This document shows, piece by piece, positions 41,906 to 53,429 of a stretch of 64,000 nt of DNA. The notes beneath the pieces are model-generated. The model did no database searches. It was not told the DNA's origin and saw nothing but the letters and a program-made list of their open reading frames with translations. The stretch's first letter is position 1, and every line of letters starts with the position of its first letter. Position numbers and translations under genes: made by a program. This DNA comes from Eledone cirrhosa. Its lineage: Eukaryota. The stretch is taken from assembly GCA_964016885.1 (NCBI GenBank), contig OZ024741.1, positions 29,016,001 through 29,080,000 of the forward strand, read 5' to 3'.

Positions 41906-42271
41906 ATTATATTGTCTGGAAGAAAGGATGTAAAGATGAATATTGCATCCTCATTGATCAAAATCTGCTGAAACAAAACTGACATTTTGCTAAATAATTA
42001 CAATAAATAAATAAATATATATATATATATAACGGCGATGAATTAGTTTTGCGAGGTTTTTGATATGAAATCGTGTGTCGAAACAGATATTGTTATACTT
42101 GGAGAGGGTCATATTGTTGTAATAATATTGCCAGAAATAATAATAGAACACACTAACTGTTTGGTTGGTTTTCGCTTCTGTAACTTTTGTATCTCCATAG
42201 TTAATTCATTTGGCAATCAATGTTGATCATTGACTGACCAACGGCAAAAATACAGATATAAATACATATAT

Positions 42272-42325
42272 ATAGTCTAACAAAGGTCTTTCGTTGCACC
42301 TCTGCAACATCATCAGTGGTACTAT
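42272..42325 (-). ncRNA. Minimal type I hammerhead motif in the left Penelope arm
   Basis: Exact reverse complement of 43603-43656. Confidence 0.65.
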
Positions 42326-42613
42326 TATGTTTCCTCCTGTTGTATTGTATGCCTACGCCATTTTTATTTTATCTGTTTACTTATTTATTTATTTTTGTCT
42401 TCTTCTCTGCGCATGCGTTTGCGTGTGTGTATAGTGTTTGGTGTGCGGGTTCGCGTTTGGGTGACTGTGTTTTGGTTATTGTATTCTATCTTAGTTTATT
42501 AGTGTGTGTTTATATGTGTGTGTTGTTATTGTGCTTGTGTATATATTTATTTATTTATTTATTTATATTTCTCTTAAGTCAGTATTGTTTGTTTGGGTGT
42601 TGTGGTTATTCCA

Positions 42614-43195
42614 TTAATTTTTTCTGTTTAGCTTTGGCCTTCTAAGTTCTATTTCGCTTGCTTCTCTGATTTGCCTACCTGCTGGGTCATTTCTATGTTT
42701 AGATATTATTTTAATTTCTATGTTGTCTATGTTACCGTCATGTTGTTGTCTGGCATGTTCATATAGTACTGAACCGTTCTTTCTTCCTTTTAGTTCGCCC
42801 CCGGGTTGGTCTATCCTTTCACCTATGCTACGAGCTGTCTCGCCTATGTATGTTGTTGTCATGTTTCTGAAAGTACCCCCTGTACATCTTATGCTATAGA
42901 CTACATTTCTAGTTTTACAGTTTATCTGGGGGTTTACTATACATATAACACATTTCTTATTAGTACAGTGGGTTTTCTTAAAAGGGTATTTTTTGTTGAT
43001 CAGGGACTTTATAGTAGTTCCTGGCTTTTCTACCACTTTAATCTTTAAGTGGGTCTTTCTCAGGGCCTTTCTACATTGGTTAGCTAATTTCCCTCCAGGG
43101 GTAGCGTCCACGAACATGACACTCTGGTATTTCTGGTTGTCGTACCATGAGGTGGCTTTCCCTATCTTATGTTTAGTACTATCTAAGCTATTCCA
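42614..43195 (-). pseudogene. Penelope C-terminal GIY-YIG endonuclease domain
   Basis: CTNKKCVIC..CKTRNVVYSIRC..YIGETARSIGERI..SVLYEH..RQIREASEI..PKLN. Confidence 0.9.
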
Positions 43196-43602
43196 TGACG
43201 GTAACGTAGACAACATAGAAATTAAAATAATATCTAAACATAGAAATGACCCAGCAGGTAGGCAAACCAGAGAAGCAAGCGAAATAGAGCTTAGAAGGCC
43301 AAAGCTAAACAGAAAAAATTAATGGAATAACAACAACACCCAAACAAACAATACTGACTTAAGAGAAGTATAAATAAATAAATAAATAAATATATACACA
43401 AGCATAATAACAACAAACACATATAAATACACACTAATAAACTAAGATAGAATACAATAACCAAAACACAGTCACCCAAACGCGAACACACACACCAAAC
43501 ACTATACACACACGCAAACGCATGCGCAGAGAAGAAGACAAAAAAAAAAAAAATAAACAGCTAAAAATGGCGTAGACATACAATCCAACAGGAGGAAACA
43601 TA

Positions 43603-43656
43603 ATAGTACCACTGATGATGTTGCAGAGGTGCAACGAAAGACCTTTGTTAGACTAT
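43603..43656 (+). ncRNA. Minimal type I hammerhead motif in the right Penelope arm
   Basis: ATAGTACCA-CTGATGA-T-GTTGCA(gagg)TGCAAC-GAAA-GACC-TT^TGTTAGACTAT. Helix II is perfect, helices I and III are imperfect. Confidence 0.65.
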
Positions 43657-45421
43657 ATATATGTATTTATATCTGTATTTTTGCCGTTGGTCAGTTAGTG
43701 ATAAACATTGATTGCCGAATGAATTAACTATGGAGATACAAAAGATAGAGAAGCGAAAACCAACCAAACAGTTAGTGTGTTCTATTATTATTTCTGGCAA
43801 CAATATTATTACAACAATATGACCCTCCCCAAGTATAACAATATATATATATATCCAATTGAATAAAACTTTATCTAACGTTTAAAATAGTAATATAATA
43901 TCATTTTCTTCTTTCCATAATTTCCTCTAAGAAAGAGAGGGTATATGACAATTGTAACCATTTATCAGACTGTTGAGAATGATACGATTGAGGGAAAACT
44001 TAAAACAGACCTGCCAACCTATAAAAACCAAAACGGGGACTACAATGAAAAAAATGCTCCAAAACGGGGAGAAATTAGGTAAAGTGGGGAGATTTTACAT
44101 AATGAGAGCTATACCCATTTTCACAATAGAAGACATCTCTCATCGTCCGACGGGGAGAGTTGAAAGATCTGCTTAAAAAAAAAATGAAGAACATCTGTGT
44201 GTTGAGACCAAAACATCTGGAATTCTTGATCCGCAAATCACTTCCCAACTAACTTCGATTAGGATGATGATGGCCATTCACTAGAACGAGATGCAGCAAG
44301 TGGATTTAGTTATTTCAGTGCATATTCAATATTTTCAGGCAACACATTTACCAGTTTGATTGCAAGGACCACCATTACCATGACACGTTATGCATTCCTT
44401 TGTTTATTAAAACTTCAAATGATTCATGAAAAAATAATTACTATAATATATTTCATACGCTTCACTAAAGATATCCAGTAGAAGGACAACGGGGAAGCGT
44501 TGGCAGAATATAGTTTTACATACAAATGTCTATAGTAACACGAAAATTTGTTATCTGTAATATATAAAAATATTATGTCAACTATATTTTACAGAAGTTA
44601 TACAATGATGGACATATTTTGTTATATGTTATATATAAAAATATTGTCAACTATATTTTACAGAAGTTATATAATGGTGGAAATATGAAAAGAAAAATAT
44701 AAAAACAAAATTAAGTAATGAAAAGAAGGGGGAAGGGTAAAGAAGGACATATTTGGCTGTATAGGAAAGTAGAGAAAAGTACTATAAATGGCAGAAATGT
44801 GAAGAAAAGGAGAGAAAGAGCAAGGAATGTTAGGCAACGGGAGAAACAGAGGAGAAGGGGATAGTGTGACAGATTCTATCCTTAGGGCGTGGCGGTGTTT
44901 CAGCTGCGCCCCGCAGACAGAACTACAAAGGCATTTGCACAGAAAATGGCTTGCGACACCCTCTGCAACAGCCACCCAACCTTGCGGAAAACAAAATGAA
45001 AATATTGTTTTATATCCATTACTGCTGCAATAACTTACCTACATCTCTACTGCAGATTTCTCCATGTTTCTTGTAGCTAGACACACCATGATAAATACTA
45101 TTAAGTTTCAAGCATATCCCTGGTAATCTTACAGATTAATGGGATCTGTAAAGCATGTAATAGAACAACGATGATGGATGAGGCATAAACACAAGAAACA
45201 GCATAAACGTAGAACGAGCTTTCTCTACTTCAAAATACATATCTAGCTGTATTGCTCATCTGCCTCTCTCCTCTTTATAAATAAATGTATTCAATCACTT
45301 ACCACACATACACACATACACATACATACGTACATACGTACACACACACACACTCAGATATGTGTATATATATATATCTATGCATCATATATATACTTAT
45401 GCAAATATATAAGTATGCAAG

Positions 45422-45472
<51 letters not shown>

Positions 45473-45583
45473 CATAAATACACACCCATACACCTGCACA
45501 ATCATACGTACATAGACATACACAGAAATATACATATATCTCATGTATACACTTATGCAAATATATACATATATGTGTGTGTT

Positions 45584-45627
<44 letters not shown>

Positions 45628-45630
<3 letters not shown>

Positions 45631-45933
45631 TGGTTGCCAACTCGTTTTCGAGTACGGCCACTACTTTATATCCATGTAGGAGAACTCCTACCGATGCGCT
45701 GAACGACTGTGACTTTTTAGTCCAGCCAGCGACTTGAAAACTCTGGTACAAACACTACACTTGTGACAATTACTGACACATAGTGCTGGGCCCATGGTAC
45801 CATGTGACGACAAGTGCAGAGAGATCTCCAGATATAAAGCAATGCCTGTGCCGTGAAGCTTTTATAGTGAGCAAAGGCACTGCACAAAGCCAGTCCCACT
45901 CTCTTAACCAAGATGATATTTACCAAAAAGAAG

Positions 45934-45936
<3 letters not shown>
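45628..45936 (+). mobile_element. Repeat family C copy in (TA)n
   Basis: Reverse complement of ~24880-25188. Confidence 0.85.
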
Positions 45937-45969
<33 letters not shown>

Positions 45970-46063
45970 CATACATACAGACACACATAAATGCACACAC
46001 ACCTGCACACAAATACGTACAGACACACGCACACAGATATATACATCATGTATATACATATGC

Positions 46064-46104
<41 letters not shown>

Positions 46105-46116
46105 AGTATATATATG

Positions 46117-46189
<73 letters not shown>

Positions 46190-46194
46190 GTATA

Positions 46195-46254
<60 letters not shown>

Positions 46255-46441
46255 CATACAGATACATACACACACATATATATATATATGATAGGATTGG
46301 AGAAAATTAGTCGAAGAACTATAAAAGGGATTCTAAAAATCAATGTTATTCTGAAAAGATGTATAGAAGAACGAAAGCTAGACAATTAACAAGATAGAAG
46401 GAAAATTGATGTCATTCCATGTTGGTGAAAATTATAGATAA

Positions 46442-47057
46442 CTAGCAGTGGTACCCGGCGTTGCACGGGATACGGTATTTTGGAAGGCGGGCCGCCAACA
46501 GACATAATCGTGGAAAAACTGCATGCCTGGACAATATGTAAAGAAAATAAACCGAATAATCTGATGGCTGGATAATCTTTCGGATTTTCCTCGATGAAGC
46601 AGGAAAAATGCAGGTTTTCACCTAATGCCGGCCCTAGGGGATGAAGGAAATGAATTTTTTTTATAATATGCCTTGAAATATGCATAATATGCCTTGAAAT
46701 TTCGGGAAAATCTGGTAGACGTAACGACTCCAAAAAGCCATAGAAAGCTGAAAAAAGGAAGTTTATCACCTAATGCGGGCCCTAGGCCATAAAAAAGTTG
46801 GATTTTCTTTGCTCACGGTATGAAGAAGAGACTGACTAATATATAGTTACAACTTCAAGGAAATAGGTCTGACGTAACGCCTCAAAAAAACCCTAAAAAG
46901 CTTAAAAAACGCAGTTTTTTTTACCGAATAAGAGATCAAAAAGTTGAATTTTTTTCACTCCCTCAAACATAAGCAATATAAAGTTTGAAAAAAATCAGTT
47001 AGGTACTTCTCGAGTTTTAGGGATTCAAACTCACAGACCCCCCCCCCCACACACACG

Positions 47058-47097
<40 letters not shown>

Positions 47098-47408
47098 GAG
47101 GCAGACATCCTCAGGGAAGTGACGTAATGCATACAGCAGACATACATACAGATATTATAAGGGCGCGGCGTTATATGTATGTATCTATCTAAAAAGAGAA
47201 AGACTAAGAATTATAGAGCGAGATCGCTAAATCGCTTAAAGCGGTCCCTATGGCATTGAAAATTTGAAATAGTTTTTGCTCAGAACACTCCCTGAAACAT
47301 AAGTATTATGTGTGTAAAGTTTGAAAACAGTCGGTGGGTGGTTCTCGAGTTTTAGGGATTCAAACTCACACACACACATATAGAGATCCTCAGTTTTATA
47401 TATACAGA
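46442..47408 (-). mobile_element. Non-autonomous Helitron-like element
   Basis: Minus strand starts TCTGTATATATAAAA, has an internal (TG)n tract, and ends in hairpin CCCGTGCAACGCCGGG plus CTAG|T. Confidence 0.7.
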
Positions 47409-47990
47409 CTAGCAGAAAACCACCCCGGGGCGGTTTTCTGCTAGTCTATATATCTAAAACAGAGAATGTCTGTCTGTCAGCTCACTAAAACTTGAGAACC
47501 ATCCAACCGATTGTTTTCAAACTTTAGACATGTAATACTTATGGTCCTGTGAGTGATTTGAGCAAAGATTATTTCAAATTTTCAATGCCCTAGGGACCGC
47601 ATTAGGCGATTTAGCGTTCTCTCTATATAATTCTTAGTCTTTCTTTTTAGATAGATACATAGATATAACGTTGCGCCTTTATAATATCTCACTGTATGTC
47701 TGGCTGTCTGCAATACGTCATTATGACGCGCTCAGCGCGATTCCCTCGGCCTCAGTGACCAAAGTTAGTGGAGAGGGGAAGGTAATGTTTCTGTAGCACG
47801 TGGTTTAGCGTCTATTCACTCTCTCTCTCTCTCCCTCCCGCTATCCCCCTCTCGTAGTCTGTCTCTTTCTTTTACTCTCACACTCTCTCTACGCACGTGT
47901 TTCCACTGTCGGACAGACAGACAGAGAAATTGCTGGTTATATATATAAGTAGACTAGCAGAAAACCACCCGGTGGGCGGTTTTCTGCTAG
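47409..47990. mobile_element. Helitron-like composite bounded by two copies of the palindrome CTAGCAGAAAACC..GGTTTTCTGCTAG
   Basis: Palindromes at 47409-47444 and 47954-47990. 47445-47720 is a diverged inverted copy of ~47119-47408. TCTA.. 5'-type ends point inward from both palindromes. Confidence 0.6.
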
Positions 47991-48471
47991 CAAATCTAGT
48001 GTATATACTGATATTGTTGAGATTTGGATGAGAAATGTTTTCGGCACCACATGTTCACCGTCTCTCGGTGTGTCTTTTATGCATGTATAAATATATATGT
48101 TATCTATACGGTGAAATCTTTAAAATAAATATGTTAAAACGAAAAAGGAGAAAAAGAGATTAGTGACGGAAATATAAACGTTATGATATAACGATGGAAA
48201 TATATCTTCAAATGGTCCTTGGCATGGTGTCAAGTCAGAACCGCCTCGAACTGGTTACTTCTGGCTTGTGCAAGGTGTCTCTATAGCAACCAGCGATTCC
48301 CTCGGCCTCAGTGACCAAAGTCAGTGGAGAGAGGAAGGTAATGTTTCTATAGCGACAGTGTTTCTCTTGGTAGTACCAAAGTGGAGAAAGGAAGGGGAAG
48401 GTAATATTTCTGTAGCACCTACATTTGAGTTTTAGGGAAGGACAGACAGACAGACAAACAGAGAAATGCCC

Positions 48472-48480
48472 ATATATTTC

Positions 48481-48543
<63 letters not shown>

Positions 48544-48708
48544 CACACACAGAAATGTACATATATTTCTGTGTGTATATATATTACACACACAGAAATG
48601 TATATATATTTCTGTGTGTGTATATATATATATATTACACACACAGAAATGTATATATATTTCTGTGTATATATATATATTACACACACAGAAATGTATA
48701 TATATTTC
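48472..48708. repeat. Tandem array of self-complementary units ATTTCTGTGT(TA)nTTACACACACAGAAAT, about 4 copies
   Basis: Read directly from the sequence. Confidence 0.85.
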
Positions 48709-48830
48709 TTAGAACAAAATTATTATTAATGTTTTGCTGTTCATAACAATTGGAATTGAAAAATTACTTTTTAAATTATTAGTTATTTTACTAATGCTTA
48801 GATATGTAAAAATGAAGCAATGCTTCTAAT

Positions 48831-49020
48831 AATTGTTTCTACTTTTGGCACAAGGCCAGAAATTACCCAGTACATTACTGGTACTTTATTTTATCGACCC
48901 CGTGAAGATGAAAGGCAAAGTTAACCTCGGCGGTATTTGAACTCAGACCGTAAAGGGACGTAACTCCATGCTATGAAGCATGGTGTCCGACTCTCTACAG
49001 ATTCTGCCAATCCACCGCCC
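48831..49020 (-). mobile_element. SINE family A, full length
   Basis: Reverse complement of the family sequence. Confidence 0.9.
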
Positions 49021-49538
49021 TAATGTCTGTACGTAATGAGGGAGTGAGAGGGGAGAGAAAGAAAGGCAGAGGTGAAGTGACGAAGTGACTCTCTCCTCCT
49101 CCTCCTCCATCTCCCCATTCGTCACAGCGATAGAGGGGAGGATTGTTAGTGTGTTACAAAGAGAAAGAGTGAGAGTGAGAGAAACAGGCAGACTAAAAGA
49201 GAGGGATAGCTGCAGAGAGAGAGAGAGATAGCAACCACGCGCGCACGTGTTTCCACTGTCGGACAGACAGACAGAGAAATTGCTGGTTATATATTATAAG
49301 GAGATAGTATAGACCAAAAAACTGATGAATACTCTTTTTCTTATTTCAGTCATTGACTGCGGCCATGCTGTATCACTGCCTCGAATAGGTTTAGTCACTA
49401 ATATTGCCCCAGTTCTTTCTATTTCAAGTCTGGTATATATTTTATCGATCTCATTTTGTTGAACGGCTAAGTGATGTTATATAAAGAAACAGTAAACGTA
49501 CGCATATATAAACACATACACACACACACACATCACAG

Positions 49539-49571
<33 letters not shown>

Positions 49572-50422
49572 TCAACATACCCCCACGTACAACCACCACC
49601 TCCTCACTGGTCTCAAAGACACCAAACAGGTAGCAAACAAACTAACAATCAACACACGAAAACACGAATACGTGTTGAGATAGATTCACACACTCAGGGA
49701 GACACACACACACACTAACACACACACAAGTACACACTCACACACACTCACACACACGCACACACATTTATATATATAATGATAAACTTAAGAAAATCAA
49801 CAGAGGACAAGACAAGGAACGGAAACAAGGCAAAACGAAAAACAATTTTTTTAAAGGGGAAACCTTAAAAAATTATTTTTTGAGAATATAAATACAAACG
49901 AATGACACAGACCTCCAGGGTCATCTGCCATTGAGATGGACTTTGGCAGTTTCAACCCCTACCAACAGTAGTACTTGTCCACCCAGGGTAACATCGTCTG
50001 ACATAAGTCAAAGCGCTGTCCTATGGAGTAAGAGCCGAAAAAAACAACAAAAAAACAGTGACATATCAATTAAGCTATGACATGTACACATTGAATTTCA
50101 CGTGACAAGGAACAAGTATTGTGTCTCTTATAACACAAAACTTTCATGAGTGAAAAGAAGAAAAAAAGAAATAAGAAAAATAAGGAAAAAAAAACAAGAA
50201 GAAAGCAAAGATATCGAGTTAAAAATGTGAGCAATTGAAATTAATGGAGGAGAAGAGATAACAAATTCGTCACATTAATCATGATAAACTTAGGAATATT
50301 AATCGAGAGAGGACAAGACAACGAACGAAAACAAGGCAAATCGAATAACAGTTTTTAAGGGGGGAAACCGTAAAACATTCTTTTTTGAAAATAAAGATAC
50401 AAACGAAAGACACATAACTCCA

Positions 50423-50493
<71 letters not shown>

Positions 50494-50498
<5 letters not shown>

Positions 50499-50675
50499 AT
50501 AATAATAAATGTGAAGACTAAAATCCAAAGAGAGCTCAATAAGGATAAATATATATAAAATATATAAGAACCCTAGAGCTAATATTTCTTAAAATAACAG
50601 ATTAAAGTTTAAGCAAAGAATTGCTGCCCGTTAAGGGTGAAATCAGCTATTCTTTGCTTAAACTTTAATCTGTTA

Positions 50676-50681
<6 letters not shown>
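50494..50681. mobile_element. (TA)n-flanked element with a terminal fold-back; unfolded homologue at ~61271-61440
   Basis: Arms 50589-50621 and 50649-50681. Shares TAGTAATAATAATAAAT..GACTAAAATCCAAAGAG with the 61.3 kb copy. Confidence 0.75.
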
Positions 50682-50707
<26 letters not shown>

Positions 50708-51122
50708 CATTTTTTTGTCCTACTAGCATTTTAAGGGGTCCGCCGAGCTGCGGATTATTGAGTCGGGTAAGATCGATACAGATCAAACCTTGAGCTGATC
50801 AGTGGCGAAACGCGCGTCACCTACCAATAAATGTATTGAAGGAGTAACCAATCGTCCTCGTTATCTTTTCAATATAATACACTCTGTCTAGCTCTACACC
50901 TCGACACAGAAGTGAACCTAAACATCGAGTGCTCACCCGGGTGAACCTACAGTAACTCCAAGTTACACTCCCTATATATATATTTAAAGGTTAAACAAGG
51001 TTCAATGAATAAATCAAAGAATGAGTTTTACAATAGATTGGAAGCACTCAACAGATTGGTTTTCCGGAGTTATTAATATTAATTCAAAATATTAACAAAA
51101 TAGATATTCTTGTGATCAAGTA

Positions 51123-51189
51123 TATTTTATTATACATATTTCAGAGGTACTGAGTTAACTTCAACAGTACGTCTTCATCAGATAAAATA
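51123..51189 (-). ncRNA. Type I hammerhead ribozyme motif (left arm)
   Basis: TATTTTAT-CTGATGA-AGA.GTACTG..CAGTAC.TCT-GAAA-TATGTA-TA^ATAAAATA, with a perfect 8-bp helix I. Confidence 0.8.
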
Positions 51190-51270
51190 AGATGATGCAT
51201 GACATACTACTACTACTACCATGACTGAATCTTAACCATCTACCATGTCAGTGTATGTCATGCATCATCT

Positions 51271-51337
51271 TATTTTGTCTGATGAGGACGTACTGTTGAA
51301 GTTAACTCAGTACCTCTGAAATATGTATAATAAAATA
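51271..51337 (+). ncRNA. Type I hammerhead ribozyme motif (right arm)
   Basis: TATTTTGT-CTGATGA-GGA.GTACTG..CAGTAC.TCT-GAAA-TATGTA-TA^ATAAAATA. The two differences from the left arm give G-U wobbles. Confidence 0.78.
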
Positions 51338-51380
51338 TACTTGATCACAAGAATATCTATTTTGTTAATATTTTGAATTA

Positions 51381-51452
<72 letters not shown>

Positions 51453-51680
51453 GGCGGACTACCAAATTTTATTCATAGTGCATTGGTCAAATTATAGTTA
51501 TAGGGCTATAGCAAAGCTCACTTATCCAACGTCCTAGCCAGTGGGACCAAAGTCGAATCTACGAGGTTACGAAGTGAATTCCCCAACCATGCAGCTCTAC
51601 GTGCCCTTATATTGTAGAAAAAAAATGTATATTATTTGTCATTATTGTTTGTTATACAGGAAACAACGGAATATGGCATT

Positions 51681-51870
51681 TGGATTGGCAGTATCAGTGG
51701 AGGGTCGGACGCCAAGATTTCCAGCACAGAGTTATGTCCTTTTATGATCTGAGTTCAAATCCCGCCGAGGTTAACTTTGCGAGGTTAACTCCTTACGGAG
51801 TAGATAAAATAAAGTATCAGTAATACACTGGGATAATTACTGGCCTTGTGCCAAAAGTAGAAACAATTAT
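51681..51870 (+). mobile_element. SINE family A
   Basis: Matches the family sequence, with a small internal duplication. Confidence 0.85.
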
Positions 51871-52020
51871 ATTAAGTCCAGGTGAGGGTTCGATAGGGTA
51901 TGAATGATAGAGGCCTAACCATGACTGGGAACATGACTGTTCATGAAAATGTCAAAGGACATGTATGTATGTATGTATGTATGTATGTATGTATGTATGT
52001 ATGTATGTATGTATGTATGT

Positions 52021-52431
52021 AGTCCTGCAGGATGTCCAAAGTCACCCTCCTCACCAAGAAATCTGGGTAGGGTTGCCAGTTTAGTTGCCAACGACCCGAA
52101 CATGGTATCCAATGATGTTGACTTCTTCTTTTTGGTAAATATCATCTTGATTAAGAGAGTGGGACTGGCTTTGTGCAGTGCCTTTTCTCACTATAAAAGC
52201 TTCTCGGCACAGGCATTGTTTTATAACTGGAGATCTCTCTGCACTTGCCGTCACATGGTACCATGGGCCCAGCACTATGTGTCAATAATTGTCACAAGTG
52301 TAGTGTTTGTACCAGAGTTTTCAAGTCGCTGGCTGGACTAAAAAGTCACACTCGTTCAGCGCATCGGTAGGGGTTCTCCTACATGGATATAAAGTAGTGG
52401 GCGTACTCGAAAACGAGTTGGCAGCCACCAT
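52021..52431 (-). mobile_element. Repeat family C copy in (ATGT)n
   Basis: Homologous to the 24.6-25.2 kb and 45.6-45.9 kb copies. Confidence 0.85.
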
Positions 52432-52736
52432 GTATGTATGTATGCATGTATGCATGTATGCATGTATACATGTATGTATGTATGAATATTCTTCTGGTTT
52501 TATAATTTCACAAATATTTTCCCAATAGAGAGAGAGAGTCTGTTTCTAACATAGACACAAGACTCTCTCATTGGAATTTACACAACATCAACTAGGTAGA
52601 TATGTATGGATGTCTGCATGCATGTGTAGGTATGGATGTTATTGTATGTGTGCATGTGCATACGCTTTGTATCTGTACATGTGTACATGCAGTTATTAGA
52701 TGCAATGTACGTATGTGTGTATGTATGTATGTATGC

Positions 52737-52776
<40 letters not shown>

Positions 52777-52777
52777 C

Positions 52778-52885
52778 AACCAGTAAGACCCCGACGGCTG
52801 AGCTCAAGCCGTTTCGACGGCTAATTCTGGACTCAGAATTAGCCGTCGAAACGGCTTGAGCTCAGCCGTCGGGGTCTTACTGGTT
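52778..52885. repeat. Perfect 52-bp-stem hairpin made of a mirrored hammerhead 3' half
   Basis: 52778-52829 is the exact reverse complement of 52834-52885 (loop GACT). The arm reads ..AGCCGTC-GAAA-CGGCT(tgagctc)AGCCG-TC-GGGGTC. Confidence 0.85.
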
Positions 52886-52965
52886 CCTATTACCCACTCT
52901 ACTACCCCAAGTATTGAGTACTTTGGTGCGTTATGGTCCACCTGGTTCCTTACCACATTTCCTTC

Positions 52966-53001
<36 letters not shown>

Positions 53002-53253
53002 TGTGTGTGTATTTATATATATTTATATATATGTATTTGCTCTACAAGATTCTTGAGGTGAAATCGTGTGTTGAAACCGATATTGATATATTTGGGGAGG
53101 CAATACTGGGAAAATGACCATCCACACACACACACACATATGTCCCTTGTGGGTCATTGGATAGCGTATTAGACTAGGACACTAGTGGCCACGTGTTCGA
53201 ATACTGTCAACCTCAGCACGCTTCGTTTTATATATATATACATATATATATAC

Positions 53254-53284
<31 letters not shown>

Positions 53285-53317
53285 CATACACACACACACA
53301 TATATATATATATATTT

Positions 53318-53362
<45 letters not shown>

Positions 53363-53429
53363 TAGGTAATTTCAAAGGAAAAGCAAGGGAAAAAAGAGTG
53401 CTCTATGTATAGAACAGAGCTATTTAATT

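Larger units (their letters stand above)
42031..43844 (-). mobile_element. 5'-truncated Penelope-like element with inverted pLTR-type repeat, inserted in (TA)n
   Basis: Arms 42087-42742 and 43194-43844 are ~650-bp inverted repeats. GIY-YIG ORF on minus, a hammerhead motif in each arm, and (TA)n on both sides. Confidence 0.9.
51076..51384. mobile_element. Fold-back element with ~132-bp arms, each carrying a hammerhead motif
   Basis: Arms 51076-51207 and 51253-51384 are nearly perfect reverse complements. (TA)n on the right. Confidence 0.85.

Noticed and set aside
42993-43322. Plus-strand ORF ending with the same peptide as the GIY-YIG ORF
   Set aside because: Artefact of reading across the inversion junction at ~43194.
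44005-44508. hAT-like MITE (CAGACCTGCCAAC..GTTGGCAG)
   Set aside because: Only ~8 bp of inverted match and no 8-bp TSD seen.
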